Assembly: GCF_006345805.1 (NCBI RefSeq)
Contig: NC_043017.1
Location: 14,012,001-14,076,000, forward strand
DNA length: 64,000 nucleotides
Origin: Octopus sinensis
Lineage: Eukaryota
Direction: 5' to 3'
Within the stretch, counting starts at the first letter, position 1, and the number at the start of each line of letters is the position of its first letter. The notes beneath the pieces were generated by a model. That model was not told the DNA's origin. It ran no database searches and was given only the letters and a program-made list of their open reading frames with translations. The position numbers and the translations under genes are program-made. This document shows positions 13,318-26,719 of this stretch, in pieces.

Positions 13318-14972
13318 CATTATTTTCATTATCATTTTTCAATTGTTGCCATTTCTTACCAAGTATCTTCCTGACACCTAGGGCAGAGAAATGTACTGTA
13401 TACATTGGTAGGCCATTTAAATAAACATACCATATTGTTAATTTACAAAGTCATGTGATAGAGAAAAAGTGGAAGACAGAAAAAAAATTAAAAAGTAAAC
13501 AAATAAAATAAAGGGTGTGCAAAAAGAGAAGAAAATTCACAGCGACAATGCTCTTCTCAATATGTGTGATGTACCAGTTAAGATGATCTCTTGCACTTCC
13601 TGCATGGATGGTAAGCCAGGGATCATTCTCAAATAATTTTCAATTCCTTTTCATGATCATTCCAAGTGCTCCTACAATCACTGGTATTGTAGCCGTCTTG
13701 TGATGCCACACCTTTTCGATTTTGATTAGCAAATTCTTATCAAATTCTGAGCTTATCAAATTCTTTTGCTGAATTATTATGGTCACAGGATATTCTCATG
13801 TCAATCAATAAACATACTTTACTGTTTTGGTCTTTCACAACAATATCTGGTTTATTTGCTTTGGTGGTCCATTCTGTACATACTGGGAAGTCTAAAAGAA
13901 TCATTACCTTTTCTCCCTCAGTTACAGCCTCAGGATGATGCTTTTGCCATTTGTCAACAGTTTTGATTTTATAAAGCCGACACATTATCCAATGTAGATA
14001 TTAACCAACTCTGTCATTTTTTGATTTGTACTCTACAGGTGCTAAAACCTTACATCCAGAGACTGAGTGGTTCACAGTTTCAATCCCATCGTTGCAGTAT
14101 TGGCATTTTGGATTTACACCGTTTTTCATCACATTTGGCTTGATAGTTCCGGGTCAATAAGCTCTGATATTGAGCAGCCAAGATAGAGCCTTCACTCTCT
14201 GCCTTTAGCCCTGAGCTGAGTACATCAGCTTATTTGCTGCATACCACATATTTACCATGTAGAGGTTTTTGTTCCTACTACCAGCCAATTGTTCAAACGC
14301 ATTTTGCTTAGCATTTGGCTTCACTTTCTTTGCAGCTACAGTTGCCACACTTCCATAATGCTGTTCAACCAGGGTATTATGCATAAACTCTCTTGAAAAT
14401 TTTTTGCACTTCTTCATAACAGAAGGAAGTTTCTTACATATTTCATAGTTTTCAAAGAGTTTTAGCATCCAGTCGTTAGATGTTTCAAGATATTTTACCA
14501 GCCCAGATTGTGGTGGTTTTGTAAGAGATTTCAAATTGGATCAAGCCTCGACCTCCTTGAGCTCTGGGTAAGTAAAGACAATCTGCGTCTGCCTCTGGGT
14601 GGTGCATCTTATTGCAAGTCAGCAGCTTATGGATTTTCCTGTCAATCTTCCTTATTTCACTCGTATTCCAGTTCAACACATTGAAACTAAATAGCAACAG
14701 GAACTGCAAAGCAATTTATAGCTAACACTTTCTTACATGCATTCAACTCGGATTTTAGGACTGCTCAAACTCTCCTGTAACATACCTCCCTGATTTTCTC
14801 TTTCATACTTGCATGCTGAATGCCAGAGCCCACTTTTATTCTGAGGTATTTGTAAGTTTGTTCCTCTTCAAGTCCTTTTCTGACTGTATTAACATCCAAC
14901 ACCACTGAAAGTGAGGTCTTCAATTTTCCTTTCTGGAAAGTAGCCTTGGCACATTTATCAAGACCAAATTCC
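13275..14972 (-). mobile_element. Second R4/Dong-like copy (3' half), related to 10090-12270
   Basis: MEFGLDKCAKATF, RLYLPR-like motif, KANKPDIVVKD; long (TAA)n at 13273-13320 and (TAA)n at its 5' junction. Confidence 0.9.
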
Positions 14973-15119
14973 ATTATTATTATTATTATTATTGTCATTA
15001 CAAAGCTTCTAACACAGCTGGAGATGTTCTACAGTAAGTAGGAGTGCTGGTTTGCAACGTTTACATATTTTTCAATGTAAATACTGTCCTACCCTCTCAT
15101 TGCAATTTTAATATTCATT

Positions 15120-18000
15120 TGGTGTCAGCACAGGACATCCCAGACGAGATGGTCTATTGTTTCATCAAATGTGTCATAGAATCTGCTCTGCTTGAACTGT
15201 TTTGCTTTTTTTGAGGCAGTGATTTCTAGTTCTTCAACTATTTCAGAGTTAATGCCAAGTTCCCATGCGAATTTGCAAGCTTCCTTGACAATAGAATGTG
15301 AATTTTTGCTGCTTTTGTGTTTGCACACAAGCTGCAGCATCCAGTCCTCTGCACTAAAATAAGTACCTGTTCATTGTTATTGTGGAGGTCTTATAGCACA
15401 CTTCTACCTGCATCATTCCTCTTCCCCCATTACTTCTAGGTAGGTACAGACTATCAACGTCTGCTTTTGGGTGGTGCATCTTCTTAGATGTCAGTATTTT
15501 TCTTGTTTTCTTGTCTAGGCACTGGAACTCTGTAAGATTCCAGTTAATGATGTTAAAACTATATTGGACTACTGGAAGTGCCAGGATGTTAAAGAGTTCG
15601 ATGTGCTTTTTTGAGTTGAGTTCAGTTTTTAGTATGAGTTTTACTCTTCTGTAATACTCCTTTCTTATATTTCCTTCATAGTAGCAATTTGTATATCATC
15701 CCCTTCATTTATCCCCAGGTATTTGTAATTTTCTTGTGGGTCAAGCTCCTTGATGGTAGAGTTGGTATGTAATTTAATGGAAGCTGTTTACCTGAGCTTG
15801 CCTCTTACAAAAGTTTCTTTAGCACACTTATCAAGGCCATCATCCATCCCGATGTCATTGCTAAACTCTTTAACTGTTGCTAGCAGCCTTCATCGTTAGC
15901 TCTTCATCGTTTCTTGCAAACAGCTTCAGATCGTCCATATAAAACAGATGGTTTATTGTCATGTTATAAATTTTGAAACCACACCTTTGTTATTTAGTTC
16001 GTTTGAAAGTGGGACTCAGTGTCATGTAAAAGAATAATGGGGACAGGGAGTCACCTTGAAAGATGCCTCGTTTGATATTGATGTTGTTGGTTTGGCTCAT
16101 CTCATTACTATGGTTTAGAAGGAGATGTGTGTTTCATTTGGCCATGCTGCCTTTAAGAATTTGGAGATGACAGGAGAGAGCTTGTATCTCTCAAGGGCCT
16201 TGAGTATCCAATTATGTGGGACCCTATCAAATGCTTTCCTGTGCTCTATCCATGCCATACCCAGTTTCTTCTTTTTGCTTCAGCACTTCTCTACAGTCAT
16301 TTTACTTATGAATAATTGATCTTTGCACCCATTAGAATTCCTTTTACAGCCTTTTTGAGCTTGTCGAAAGAGAGATTCCTGTTTAAGGAAAGCATATGTT
16401 CTTTCAGTTAATATGGATGTAAGGATCTTGTAGGTGGTGTTCAGACATGTTATTGATAGGTAGTTCTTTGGATTTTTTGTCTTCATTTTTTTGGTTGAAG
16501 GTATGTTGTTCCCTCAGTCTGCCAGGCAGGTATTTACTCTGGGTTCTGGATTACATCATTTAGAGATGAGGCAAACATTTTGGTGTACTTCTGTCAAACA
16601 ATTCAGTCAGAAGTTAGGGATTCAGTCCAGTCCAGGGGTTTTCATTTGTGAGATTTCCTAAGAGCACATCTTAGCTCTTCTATTTTGATTGCCTCCCATT
16701 TCTGCTCTTCAATCTCATTCAGTCTCACTTTCTCACGCTCTGTCCAGTCAGCGTTGTATTCTTTTTCGTTGCTCCATATTTTCCTCCAGAACTCTTCCAT
16801 TTCCTCAGTCTTAGGTGACTCCTTTGCTTCTATCTTATTTTTGCCAATTTTCCTATAAAATTTTTTTGCATCCATCTTGAATATCTTATTTTGTCGACAG
16901 AATTTTATTCTTTTGTCCTACCTTCTAAACTGTTAGGCTTTCAGTTGTATTCATTGTTTCATTTCTTCCTTGGTTGCAAAGAGGATAAAGTTTTCATATA
17001 TAAATCAATAAGTTTACCATTAATGCCATGGAATATTCACAGGTCACGCTAGTTTTATTGTTGTTGTTGTTGTTGTTATTATCATCGTTATTAACTTACT
17101 TTAGATATTTATTATTTTGTAATTTCTCTTTTTAAAGTCTTTTGATTTTATATTTTTGCTTGATTTCTGTAGCAAGGTCATCAAGAACTGATACATCTGC
17201 CTACAGAGATTCGATCTCATTTTGTATTGCTACTTTCCACTTAGGAGGTCTATTGATGTGGTTGGTCCTTTTCGATATCATCCTGATACCTAGTTGAGCA
17301 GTTACAACTTAGCAGTGGTATAGGTGAGGTTATTTTGGGTTGTTAGGTCATTTCCCTTATTTCTTAAGATCTGTCTAAGAGCAACATTATATATCATGAT
17401 TATGTGAACTTTGGTAGCGGTTCTCCATTGATCCTATCAGTAGACTTGATTTGCTGAGTTCTCTCATAATATCTTCTTTTGCTTCTATGATTTTCCCTTT
17501 ATTATTCACCTCAAATTCTGTCATATCCATTCTGATGTTGGTCTTGAGGTAGGTCTACTTTCTCCCCTTTTTCCGCATATCTGGTCTTTGCTATTCATTC
17601 TTCTTCTTCTTCCTTGTTGGGATGTACTGCTCATACACTGGGCTCTGTGCATCTGTTACCTATTTCATCTGCATTGTTGCTGTTTTCATTTGGTCAACCA
17701 CGAAATATTTGTGTTCCAATTTGGCTAATTTTAGCGTCAGTTAACCTTTTATTCTTAATGATGTCTCTACGTACATTATTTAAGTTATTTGCATCTATAT
17801 ATCTGCGTACTTTGTTGCCTACTAAGTTTCTCCATGAGATGTATGTTTGTACAATGAGGTTATTGTTTGGGTCTAGTTGGGCTGTACAGAAAGCTTTCAA
17901 CACATCTCTATAATCCTCTCTCGTCCATTTTATGCATTTTGCTTTAGGTGATGTTTATGGTGGCATTACCACAGGTCTAGGGTTAGAGTTATCCTGGTTC
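15120..18000 (-). mobile_element. Third R4/Dong-like element (longer, degenerate, with deletions)
   Basis: KNPKNYLSITCLNTTYKILT, AFDRVPHNW, GIFQGDSLSP, FYMDDLKLF, and an N-terminal KWTREDY motif. Confidence 0.85.
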
Positions 18001-18547
18001 CAGTTACCTGGAAGATCGTTTTTTTTCTTCTTGAGAGTTTGTTCCAGCAACAGACTTTTCAACCCCACTCTGGTTCCCCACTGGGTAAGGGAAGGCTAGA
18101 GATGGTGGTGGGGGTAGGTGTGTGAAATGTGTAATTTCCTTTTTTTCTAACTAAGTTTTTTTTCTCCGCTACTTAGCCTGTCTGTAACGTTTTCACATGA
18201 TTAGTTGAAGGGAAAGGTGAAAAGGACAGAGAAACAGGCAGTGTTGTGTTTTAAGTCTATAAAATAGTGTATAAAGTATATAAAGTGCAGTAAGTAATCA
18301 TCGTATTTCAATTTCCTTCACTTTTCAATGATTAGCGCAGATAAGCAACTATCTTTTGATACAGACACAACACAGGATACACTTTCAGGTTTTAAGGATA
18401 AAGTTTTGAAATATAAATCAATACGTTTACTATTAATTCCGTGAAATATTCACGGGTCATGCTAGTTGTTGTTGTTGTTGTTGTTGTTATCATTATTATC
18501 GTTATAAACTCACTTTAGATATTATTTTGTAATTTCTCTTTTTTTAG

Positions 18548-18694
18548 AGGTCTATCCATCTTGCAAAGGATGCATGGTTGTGGGTAAATGTGTCTGCGGA
18601 AGGGCGTTTTGGGTTACCATAACGAAACATGATTGCATGAAGAAAGAGTGTCAATGGAGCAGCGTCTTTTGGAGAGAAATTGGTATTTATATAG
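18548..18694 (+). CDS. Coding exon 2 of the predicted secreted cysteine-rich peptide
   Basis: Acceptor tttctctttttttag and donor AG|gtaaga. 147 nt, phase 1-1, open: EVYPSCKGCMVVGKCVCGRAFWVTITKHDCMKKECQWSSVFWREIGIYI. It is a unique island between retroelements. Confidence 0.75.
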
Positions 18695-18719
18695 GTAAGA
18701 TCCCATTACACTACAAAAT

Positions 18720-21700
18720 CTCATGACGATAGTGATGAATGTTACCTTACCTCAGTTTATGAAAGACAGGAGTTTCCGAAGAAACTCTGATTGTAACAGG
18801 GAAAATGAAGCTGGAACTTAATGGAAGGCCTCTTGCTCGGCAGTGGTTCAGTAAAGATACAGGCTGACCACAACTGTTATCCTAATACAACATCAGCAGA
18901 TAATAGAGCAAAGAGGACGAAGTGGACCAGCAAAGAAAACAGGGTAGTGATGCAGTGCTACTTAGAAGTGAACGTAAAAGAAGGGGCTATAGAAAATGAA
19001 TGTTAACACTTTGGGTAGAGAGGGGTATGTTTAAAGTGACTGAGCAGAGATTGATTAATCAAGCTAATACTTTTAGGAGAAGAAAGTGGATGACAGAAAC
19101 TGGAGGTAGAAGAGATCGCAAAAGAACTGGAAAAGGAAGACCAGGCAGTGGGAAAGACAAACAACAACCTAAGAGATACAGCTCAAAGAAGAACCTAAAG
19201 GAAAATATATTAGCGCTACCAATAAGGAAAGGACAACTAGTGCCAAGAACTTAAGAGATTTAGGTGAGGAAGATCAGAAGATTTTAGATGAGTTGCAGAA
19301 AGTAATGAGTAAAGAAAAAGATTGTCAGCATTAAAAGGAACCAACAGAAGGAAGCTGCTAGAAATGACTAGGAAAGAAGATTATGTTATCATTAGGATAG
19401 ATACTAAAAATATAGGAGACACTAACTTATTGATCTATGCAGGAAGAGTAGTAATCACTTGAAGATTAGGTATCTCACAGGGAAAGATTACAAAATAAAT
19501 ACAGTGAAGACTTTGAGATAAGATCTGAGTAGAATAGAAGCTTGGAAACTGAACAAGTTAGGAAATACAAGTTGCAAATCTTGCCTCAAGAAAAGATATT
19601 TAGTCAAAGAGAAAGGATTTGGGACAGTAATAGAAGAGTATCATAGCAGTAGCAGTCAAGCTCTCCAGATATCAGAAAACCAGATCAATATTAGCAGAAC
19701 AGAATATTTGAGACAGACCAGAGGAGATTTTATAACCAAATAAATAGTGGAGAACAAAGTACTGAAGATCGGAAACCTAATGCAGAAGAAGCTAGAAAGT
19801 TCTGGAGTAATATTTGGGATAAACGAGATCATCAAAATGGAGATGCAGTATGGTTAAAGAAAGTGATGGAAGAAGCAGTAAGTGAGAAGCAATCAGATCT
19901 AAGATTAACTAGTGCATTAATGAGTAAAGTGTTAAGGAAAATGCCAAATTGGAAGGGCCCAGAACCAGATTTACTTTAAGGCTAAAGAAACTCAGTAGCT
20001 TACATGAGAGGTGGAAGGAATAACTTCAGGATTACCTTAATGGAGGAATAATACCAGGTTCGATGACTAGAGGGAAGATAATACTCATTATGAAAGATAA
20101 GAGCAAGGGTAATACAGTTAGCAACCAATCACTTGCTTACTATTAGCGTGGAAGCTGTTAACAGGAATGCTTTCAGAAAGCATTTATGAGCATCTGTTTA
20201 ACCTCCCAAACTAGCATGCTATATTTATTGACTTTTGTTTCTTCCTTATAGCATACCTTGTTGTCAGCTGGGCAAGCTATATCTATTTTCCAGCATGAAA
20301 ACAAGTAAGCATCATACTCAATAAAAAACAGGCAAAGGAATATCTAAGTGAATTCCAAATACAATAAATCCCAGAACTTGGCGTACTAGAAACAAGCAAA
20401 GAAAAAGCTAAGCATATGAAAACCCGTGCTAAAACTGCAGCCTTAGATATTGTTACTGATAAATGGCAAGAAGACCCTCTCGATGGCAAATACCCAAAGA
20501 GAGCTAATAGTGTCGATGTTGACAAAGGCCTTACCTATCAATGGTTAGTGGCTTCTGTCTTAAAATCAGAAACAGAAGGGTTTATCATAGTAGCCTACCC
20601 CCAAGGAGCTACAAGGCCAACATGTAAGCTACAGTAGTTGTCCAACATGTTGTGTATGCCAACAACAAAATGAAACCATTGATCATGTTGTTTCCATGTG
20701 CAGTCTTCTTGCACCTACAGAGTATCTCAACAGACGTGACAGAGCACCACAGTATATTCACTGGGTAATTTGCACAGAATTGAACCTGCCCCATGATAAA
20801 AACTTTTGGGAATGCAAACCACCTCCAGTGCTTGAAAATGATCACATCTCACTCCTCTGGAACTTCACCATTCAAACAGACAGAAAGATAGATGCGAATA
20901 GGCTAGACATTATAATGAAAGGCTTCAGACAAAAATCAGGCCTCCTCATTGATATGACTGTCCCAATTGACATAAATGTATCTGTCAAGACCTACCAAAA
21001 ACTGAGCAAGTATAAAAGATCTTGAAATAGAAATTGGCAAAATGTGGAACCTCAAGATATCTGTTGTCATAGATGCCCTTGGAATGATAACAAAAGGGGA
21101 TGATTGCTACCTAGCTCAGATACCAGGAAACTCCAAAATGGCAGAAATTCAAAAGATAGTGCTCATAGGAACTGCCCATATCCTATGTAAAATACTGTCT
21201 CAAATTTTAAAACAAACTCATAATTTTCTTATGTTTTCTTAAACATTCTCTAGAACAATACTATGTACAAAACCAAATATATGAGACCCTAGGCATAACA
21301 CCAACATGAACTTCTAACTTGTCTCTTGAGGTCTCTGAATGAGACTTGGAACTAACTTGTACAAATACAAAGCAAAAGTCAAACATTTGATAATGATGAT
21401 GATGATGAGCAAAAAATTGGTATGACCACAAACCTGAAGGCGTCATCGAAAATAGAAATGCAAAGATCCTATGGGATTTTATGATTCAGTACAACCATGA
21501 GATAGAGAATTTCCTATTCTCTATCAGTCTTAATTGAGAAAGAAAAACTATGCTGGATCATAGACATAGCATACCCAGCTGACAACAAGGTATGCAGTAA
21601 GGAAGAAAGAAAAGTCAAGAGATATGACAGGTTAGCTTGGGAAGTTAAGCAGTTGTGGTCGATGACAAAGGTAGTAGTAGTACCAATGATTGTCGAAGCC

Positions 21701-21920
21701 CTGGGAACTGAGCAAAAATCTCAATAAGTACATGGAACAAATAGGGGCTGCAATAAGGGTGGAGCACTTGCAGAAAACAGCACTGCTTGGAACCGCTTGA
21801 ATACTCTGGAAGGTGTTCGAAAAATAAGAGGTGTTACCTTAGTTCACTGGTAACGAACAGCTGACACTGTAGTACAGCTCCAGCATTAGAAGCTGTGCAA
21901 AGGTAATAATAATAATAATA
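18720..21920 (+). mobile_element. R4/Dong-like element (+), interrupted at about 20200-21405 by the 3' end of another R4-like family
   Basis: KRTKWTSKENRVVMQCY, NWKGP, ITCLLLAWKLLTG. The insert has LKSETEGFII, DANRLDII and a (TGA)n tail. The host resumes with WYDHKPEG and ends in (TAA)n at about 21905-21920. Confidence 0.85.
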
Positions 21921-21921
21921 T

Positions 21922-22300
21922 GTCCCACATAATTGGATACTCAAGGCCCATGAAATATATTAGATCTCTCTTGTCGTCTCCAAATTCTTACACGGTAACA
22001 TGGCCAAGTGGAACACATATCTCCTTCTAAACCATAGTAATGGGATGAGCCAAACTAACAGCATCAATACCAAACGAGGCATCTTTCAAGGTGACTCCCA
22101 CTCCCCATTACACTTTGGCATGTCACTGATCCCACTCTCAATCGAACTAAATAACACCAGGCGTGGGTTCAGATTTTACGATATGACAATAAACTATCTG
22201 TTTTATATGGACGATCTGAAGCTGTTTGCTAGAAACGACGAAGAGCTAGTAGGGCTGCTAACAACTGTTAGAGTTTTAGAAGCTGTGCAAAGACAATACT
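21922..22300 (+). mobile_element. R4/Dong-like RT fragment, inverted relative of 15860-16222
   Basis: GIFQGDSHSP and FYMDDLKLF; nucleotide sequence matches the reverse complement of 15860-16222. Confidence 0.88.
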
Positions 22301-22309
22301 AATTATTAT

Positions 22310-25300
22310 GATTTCTTTTATTTGCCACCAGGGTGAAGGATGAGTGTGGGGATTTACATATAATGGAATGATAAAAGAAAAAAAATATACACAGTATACA
22401 TCAAACTAAATGAAGTATACATAGTATACAGCAATAAGAGAAGAGAAAAGAAAGTGATTGTGATGGGATGTCCTCATGATACAGAAGGACCTCTAGGGAT
22501 GATCGAGGAACCCCATCATCCAAGATCATCCTGAATACCATGGACAACTCCTTTCCTCTGACTCACAGGTCTACACTGTGAGTGGTGGTACCATCCACTC
22601 TTGCCATTTTCACAACTTTTACCTACCTTTTGATAAATTAACTTGAAGACAACACCTCCCTCTCAACTCTCAATTTCCTTTTCAAGTGAAACTTGAAAAA
22701 GTCAATGAGGGCTTTATCAAAGAGGAATGTCTCTATCTCCATTCCATTCCTTCCACCAGACAATTTCTTTCGCCATAGCCACCAGACAAAAGAAAACTGC
22801 CTCACCTGCCTGATTAAAGGAGGGCAATGGGGTAATCATCACTATGACTCGGATGACAGACAGACAGTAACTGTTTGATAATAACTCCACAAGCCAGCAA
22901 TTTCTAGATACTGAATGAGTACATTGAGAATGGTTTTGTTGGTCTGCATACACCTCAGACAATCCCATCTGACAGCACATTTGTGCCTGTAGAGTTTATC
23001 TCGAACCAGTAGTGCTCCCCGATAGCATGGCCAGGCCAAAAGCATCTGGAAATTATCCATAATAGTCCCCGACTGAAAAGTCCTCTTGAACAGACTAGCC
23101 AAATCCGCATAAGCCAACACTGTTCTTCCGAGTCCCAGTTCGAAAGGGATGCCCTTCATTTGTTCCAATTTCAGCAGCAGTGGCTCAAGAGCAAGTACAT
23201 ACAGAAGAGGGGACAGTGGGCAGCCCTGATGGACCAAGTGTGCGATGCTAAACGGATCCGATAGATGACCACTTACTTTGACCACCTCTGAAAACGGGTC
23301 TGAAACCGACCGCTTTAAGGACGGCCTCCAAGTAACAATGGTCGACTCTATTGAATGCTTTTGATTTATCCACTGAGGTTGTCATGGATGGACCTGTTCG
23401 GGATTGTGCATGTTTATGCTTCTATTAAACTACAAATAACAAGCACCAACTTTTTTGCCAAAATCTTAAATTTTTTTTTAGCAGAGTTATGGACCGAAAA
23501 TCCTTTAGTACATTGGCATCCTTCTTCAGTAGTGTCACCGCACCCTGACTAACAGCACTAGGAATTCTCCCGTGCTGTTACCGATTGCAGTAAACATCTG
23601 CCAAGAGGTCACCAAACAAATCTAGCATGAATACAGAGAATTCATAGTGCAGACCTTTTAAACCTGGCGATTTACAACTTGTATTTCAATAGCTGTTATC
23701 GGCTCTTCACAGAATCTGGAGTCTGTTGCCAAAAGCCATGGCAGGCTGTCTAGGTATGAACTAAGGTCCACTACTACCATTGACCCATTGCCCTTCCCAA
23801 AAAAGCCGCACACATCTGCTCAGAACCATGTAGCACACACCCATCCCAATTTGTCAAAGACCCGATCGTGGTTTTGTTGCCATGTCGTGTCTTCACCGTT
23901 TGAGCCCATCGGGCAGTTTTAGTTCCTTCATATTTTAGTGTATGGGGCTTAGCTGTGACAAGACAACCTTCGTGTTTTGCCTCAAAGAAATGGTCAAGAG
24001 CCATTCTCACTGCTAACACATCAGTCGCAATACCTTTACTAATAGCCTCTTCTTGTTTGCTAACTCGTTCTCCCTCTAATCTATTTATTTCTATTGCTAA
24101 CTCTTTGCTAAACGCTATGGATTCTGCTCTAATCGCCCCCTTCAGCACTATCTACCACCGGTTGTTGACTATTACCCCATCAACTGCTGCTTAACTAGTT
24201 TGCTAATTCAGTCCCCATAGTCATTGCGTGCCGGAAACATGCATTCAACTTCCAGTAACTGGGTCCCTGCTTACGCATCTTATCTAAATCAACTGTGTAG
24301 ATCACAAATATGTGGTCTGTGTAGCTCACCAATTTGAATTGTGGACACTCTATGCTATCCTTATCTGCTGACCTAACAAATACTCTATCTAGATATGATC
24401 TGGATGACTCATTGTGGTTACTTCATGTTCACACTGGCACATTGGGGAACTCCAGTCAATACCAGTCAGACAGCTGGAAGTTTTTGAGTAGGTTTCCAAA
24501 GCTTTTAATCCCCCTTCTATATACAAAACCCACACTGTCCTTCCATGCGTCGAAAATACTATTCCAGTTCTCAGCTAGTACTAAAGTGCAAGACTTTCCC
24601 AGGAATGTTTCTAGACACCTGAAGAAATCAGGCCTCTCAACCCCTGAAGAGGCATACATGGCCACCAATCTAAAGGTACCACCTTCACTGCCATTCACAT
24701 CTAGGATCACCAACATACCATCCAGATCCAAGAAGATTGCCCTTACTTTGAGACCTAAGGATTTTTGGAATAACACTGCTACACCTCTGACTGCTCCCAA
24801 CAGACCACAAGATGAGGATACCTCGTACTCTTTGAAAATTAATGCTAGAGCATGTTTCCCGGCAGTTCTTGTCTCATTAATTACTGTTGCCTCTAAATTA
24901 AAGGACCTGAGATCGTTGAGCAGGTGACCCTGCTTCCAAGCCGCACTCAATCCCTGAACATTTACATAGCCAACTCTAAGTGTAGCCATTTAACTTTGAG
25001 GCAAGAGAATGGAGTTAATGTACCTTGTCTTCAAGGGTGACTGTTGATACAGTCTTCTTTTTGATCAAGGTGGGAGTGGGGAGGAGTTTTCAAGAAGGTT
25101 TTTTGTTGCGGGGTACTTACTAAACCCTCTAATGTTCTAGGGGAATTTCTGTTTCAAATCAAGATACGTATCCATATCTGCTTGAATTAACATCCTGCCC
25201 CATGGGGGTTTAGAGAGGATTTCTGCAAAATCTTCTCCACTTGTTACAATGATTTTGTTATTAATTACTTCTTCGATCAATTCAATGTTGCTCTTCTGAA

Positions 25301-26600
25301 CAATAGTGAAGTTGATGAAGGAAGCATGTACCTGAGAATGTGACTGCTGGTCATTTTGTTTTACTTTTTGTTTTCGTGGTTGTGAATGTTTGTAAAAATG
25401 AGTTGTGATGGGTTTTGTGTTTTTTTACTGTTATATTTTAGGGCCTTCAATTGGGCCAGTTTCTATTTGTTTCAGATTCAGGTTTTCTCTTATCTCAGAC
25501 AAAAAGGCCTTTTGGTGTGATATCAATGAAGTCTTTGTTTTTGTGAGGCCTGAGTCAGAAGAAGAAGGCAGATGTGAGGTAGTAGTTTTTTCCCCACCTT
25601 GATGAATTGGTAGTAATGGTGGAGAGCTTCATGCCCTCTCCACCACACAGTAAAAGCTTTGAAGAGGTTTGTATTCCTACACAAAAAACACTTCGGTTTT
25701 TTCCCTTCTATATAAACGGGCATCTGTTGGCATTCCGCGAAACAGAAAAAAATTGGGAATGTGGTTTATTTCCTCTGGAGAAACTAGTATTCCATAAGAA
25801 TTCCAGTCCTGTTCTCCCCACGCTCCTCCAGAATGACTAAAACTCTCGCTGGATCATGGTGAACCAGTACGTTCTTGATTTGAATTCGAGTCAACTTTTT
25901 ACCCATGTAATGGGGAATCATTGCAAAAGCCTGGGACATGCAAGTTTTGTAGCTTTTCTTCTGGTTTCTTGCTCACCGCTGCCTATAACAGCTACCGTCC
26001 CAAACTGCTTAACTTTGAATATGTGTAGCACTGAGGGCCACACATCTTCAAGGCATTTTTTGGTCTCTGCCGGAGTGGGAAATTTAAATTTACTCTCCTT
26101 GCGAGAAAAACATTTATAAACAATTGTTCATCTTTTGGGGGTTTTTTCCCCTTCCCTAAGACACATAACACCTGGTTTCATAATGTCACTCTTGTATCGC
26201 AGTGATTTACTTTTCAAATCATCGACTGAAAGAATAATTCCGTTGCTAACGGCTTTCGAAAAAGAATTAGTTTTGTTCAGGTTCATTATGGTATTATTGC
26301 TGCTCCTGTTGTTGTTTTCTATCTTGTTGTTCATGTTGTTTTCAGTCTTGTTCATGTTGCTAATGTTGTTGATACACTCGCTATTATTGTTGTTTCTGCT
26401 GCAGCTACTGTTCACATTGCCACTGCTACTGTAGTCGTTGCTGCTAGTACTTTTTCATTTGTTAGTTCCATCACAGCAACAAGACGAAATTATATTCCTC
26501 TTTGGCAAGAATGAATTTCAGCTTCAGCTGTGTTTGTGTTTGAAGTTACAATTGAGTCAAATTTCCATAATCTGACACTTTTTTAAATTGGGAAAATAAA
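22310..26600 (-). mobile_element. Tx1/L1-clade LINE, near full-length but degenerate
   Basis: ORF1 remnants (Asn-rich 26128-26415; KKPKCFLC knuckle), ORF2 APE endonuclease starting MATLRVGYVNVQGL at 24989, RT VHQGCPLSPLLYVLALEPLL and YAD. Confidence 0.88.
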
Positions 26601-26719
26601 TGAAATCTTGTCTTCACAAAAATCAAAACAAATGCAAAACAATTATTACACCCCCAAAAGGGAGTGCAATTACTTAAAATGTTACCACCATAATTAAGAC
26701 AATGCAAGCAAAACAATTA

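Noticed and set aside
26135-26434. Very hydrophobic 99-aa ORF resembling a membrane protein
   Set aside because: It is the antisense of the Asn-rich ORF1 of the Tx1-like LINE.
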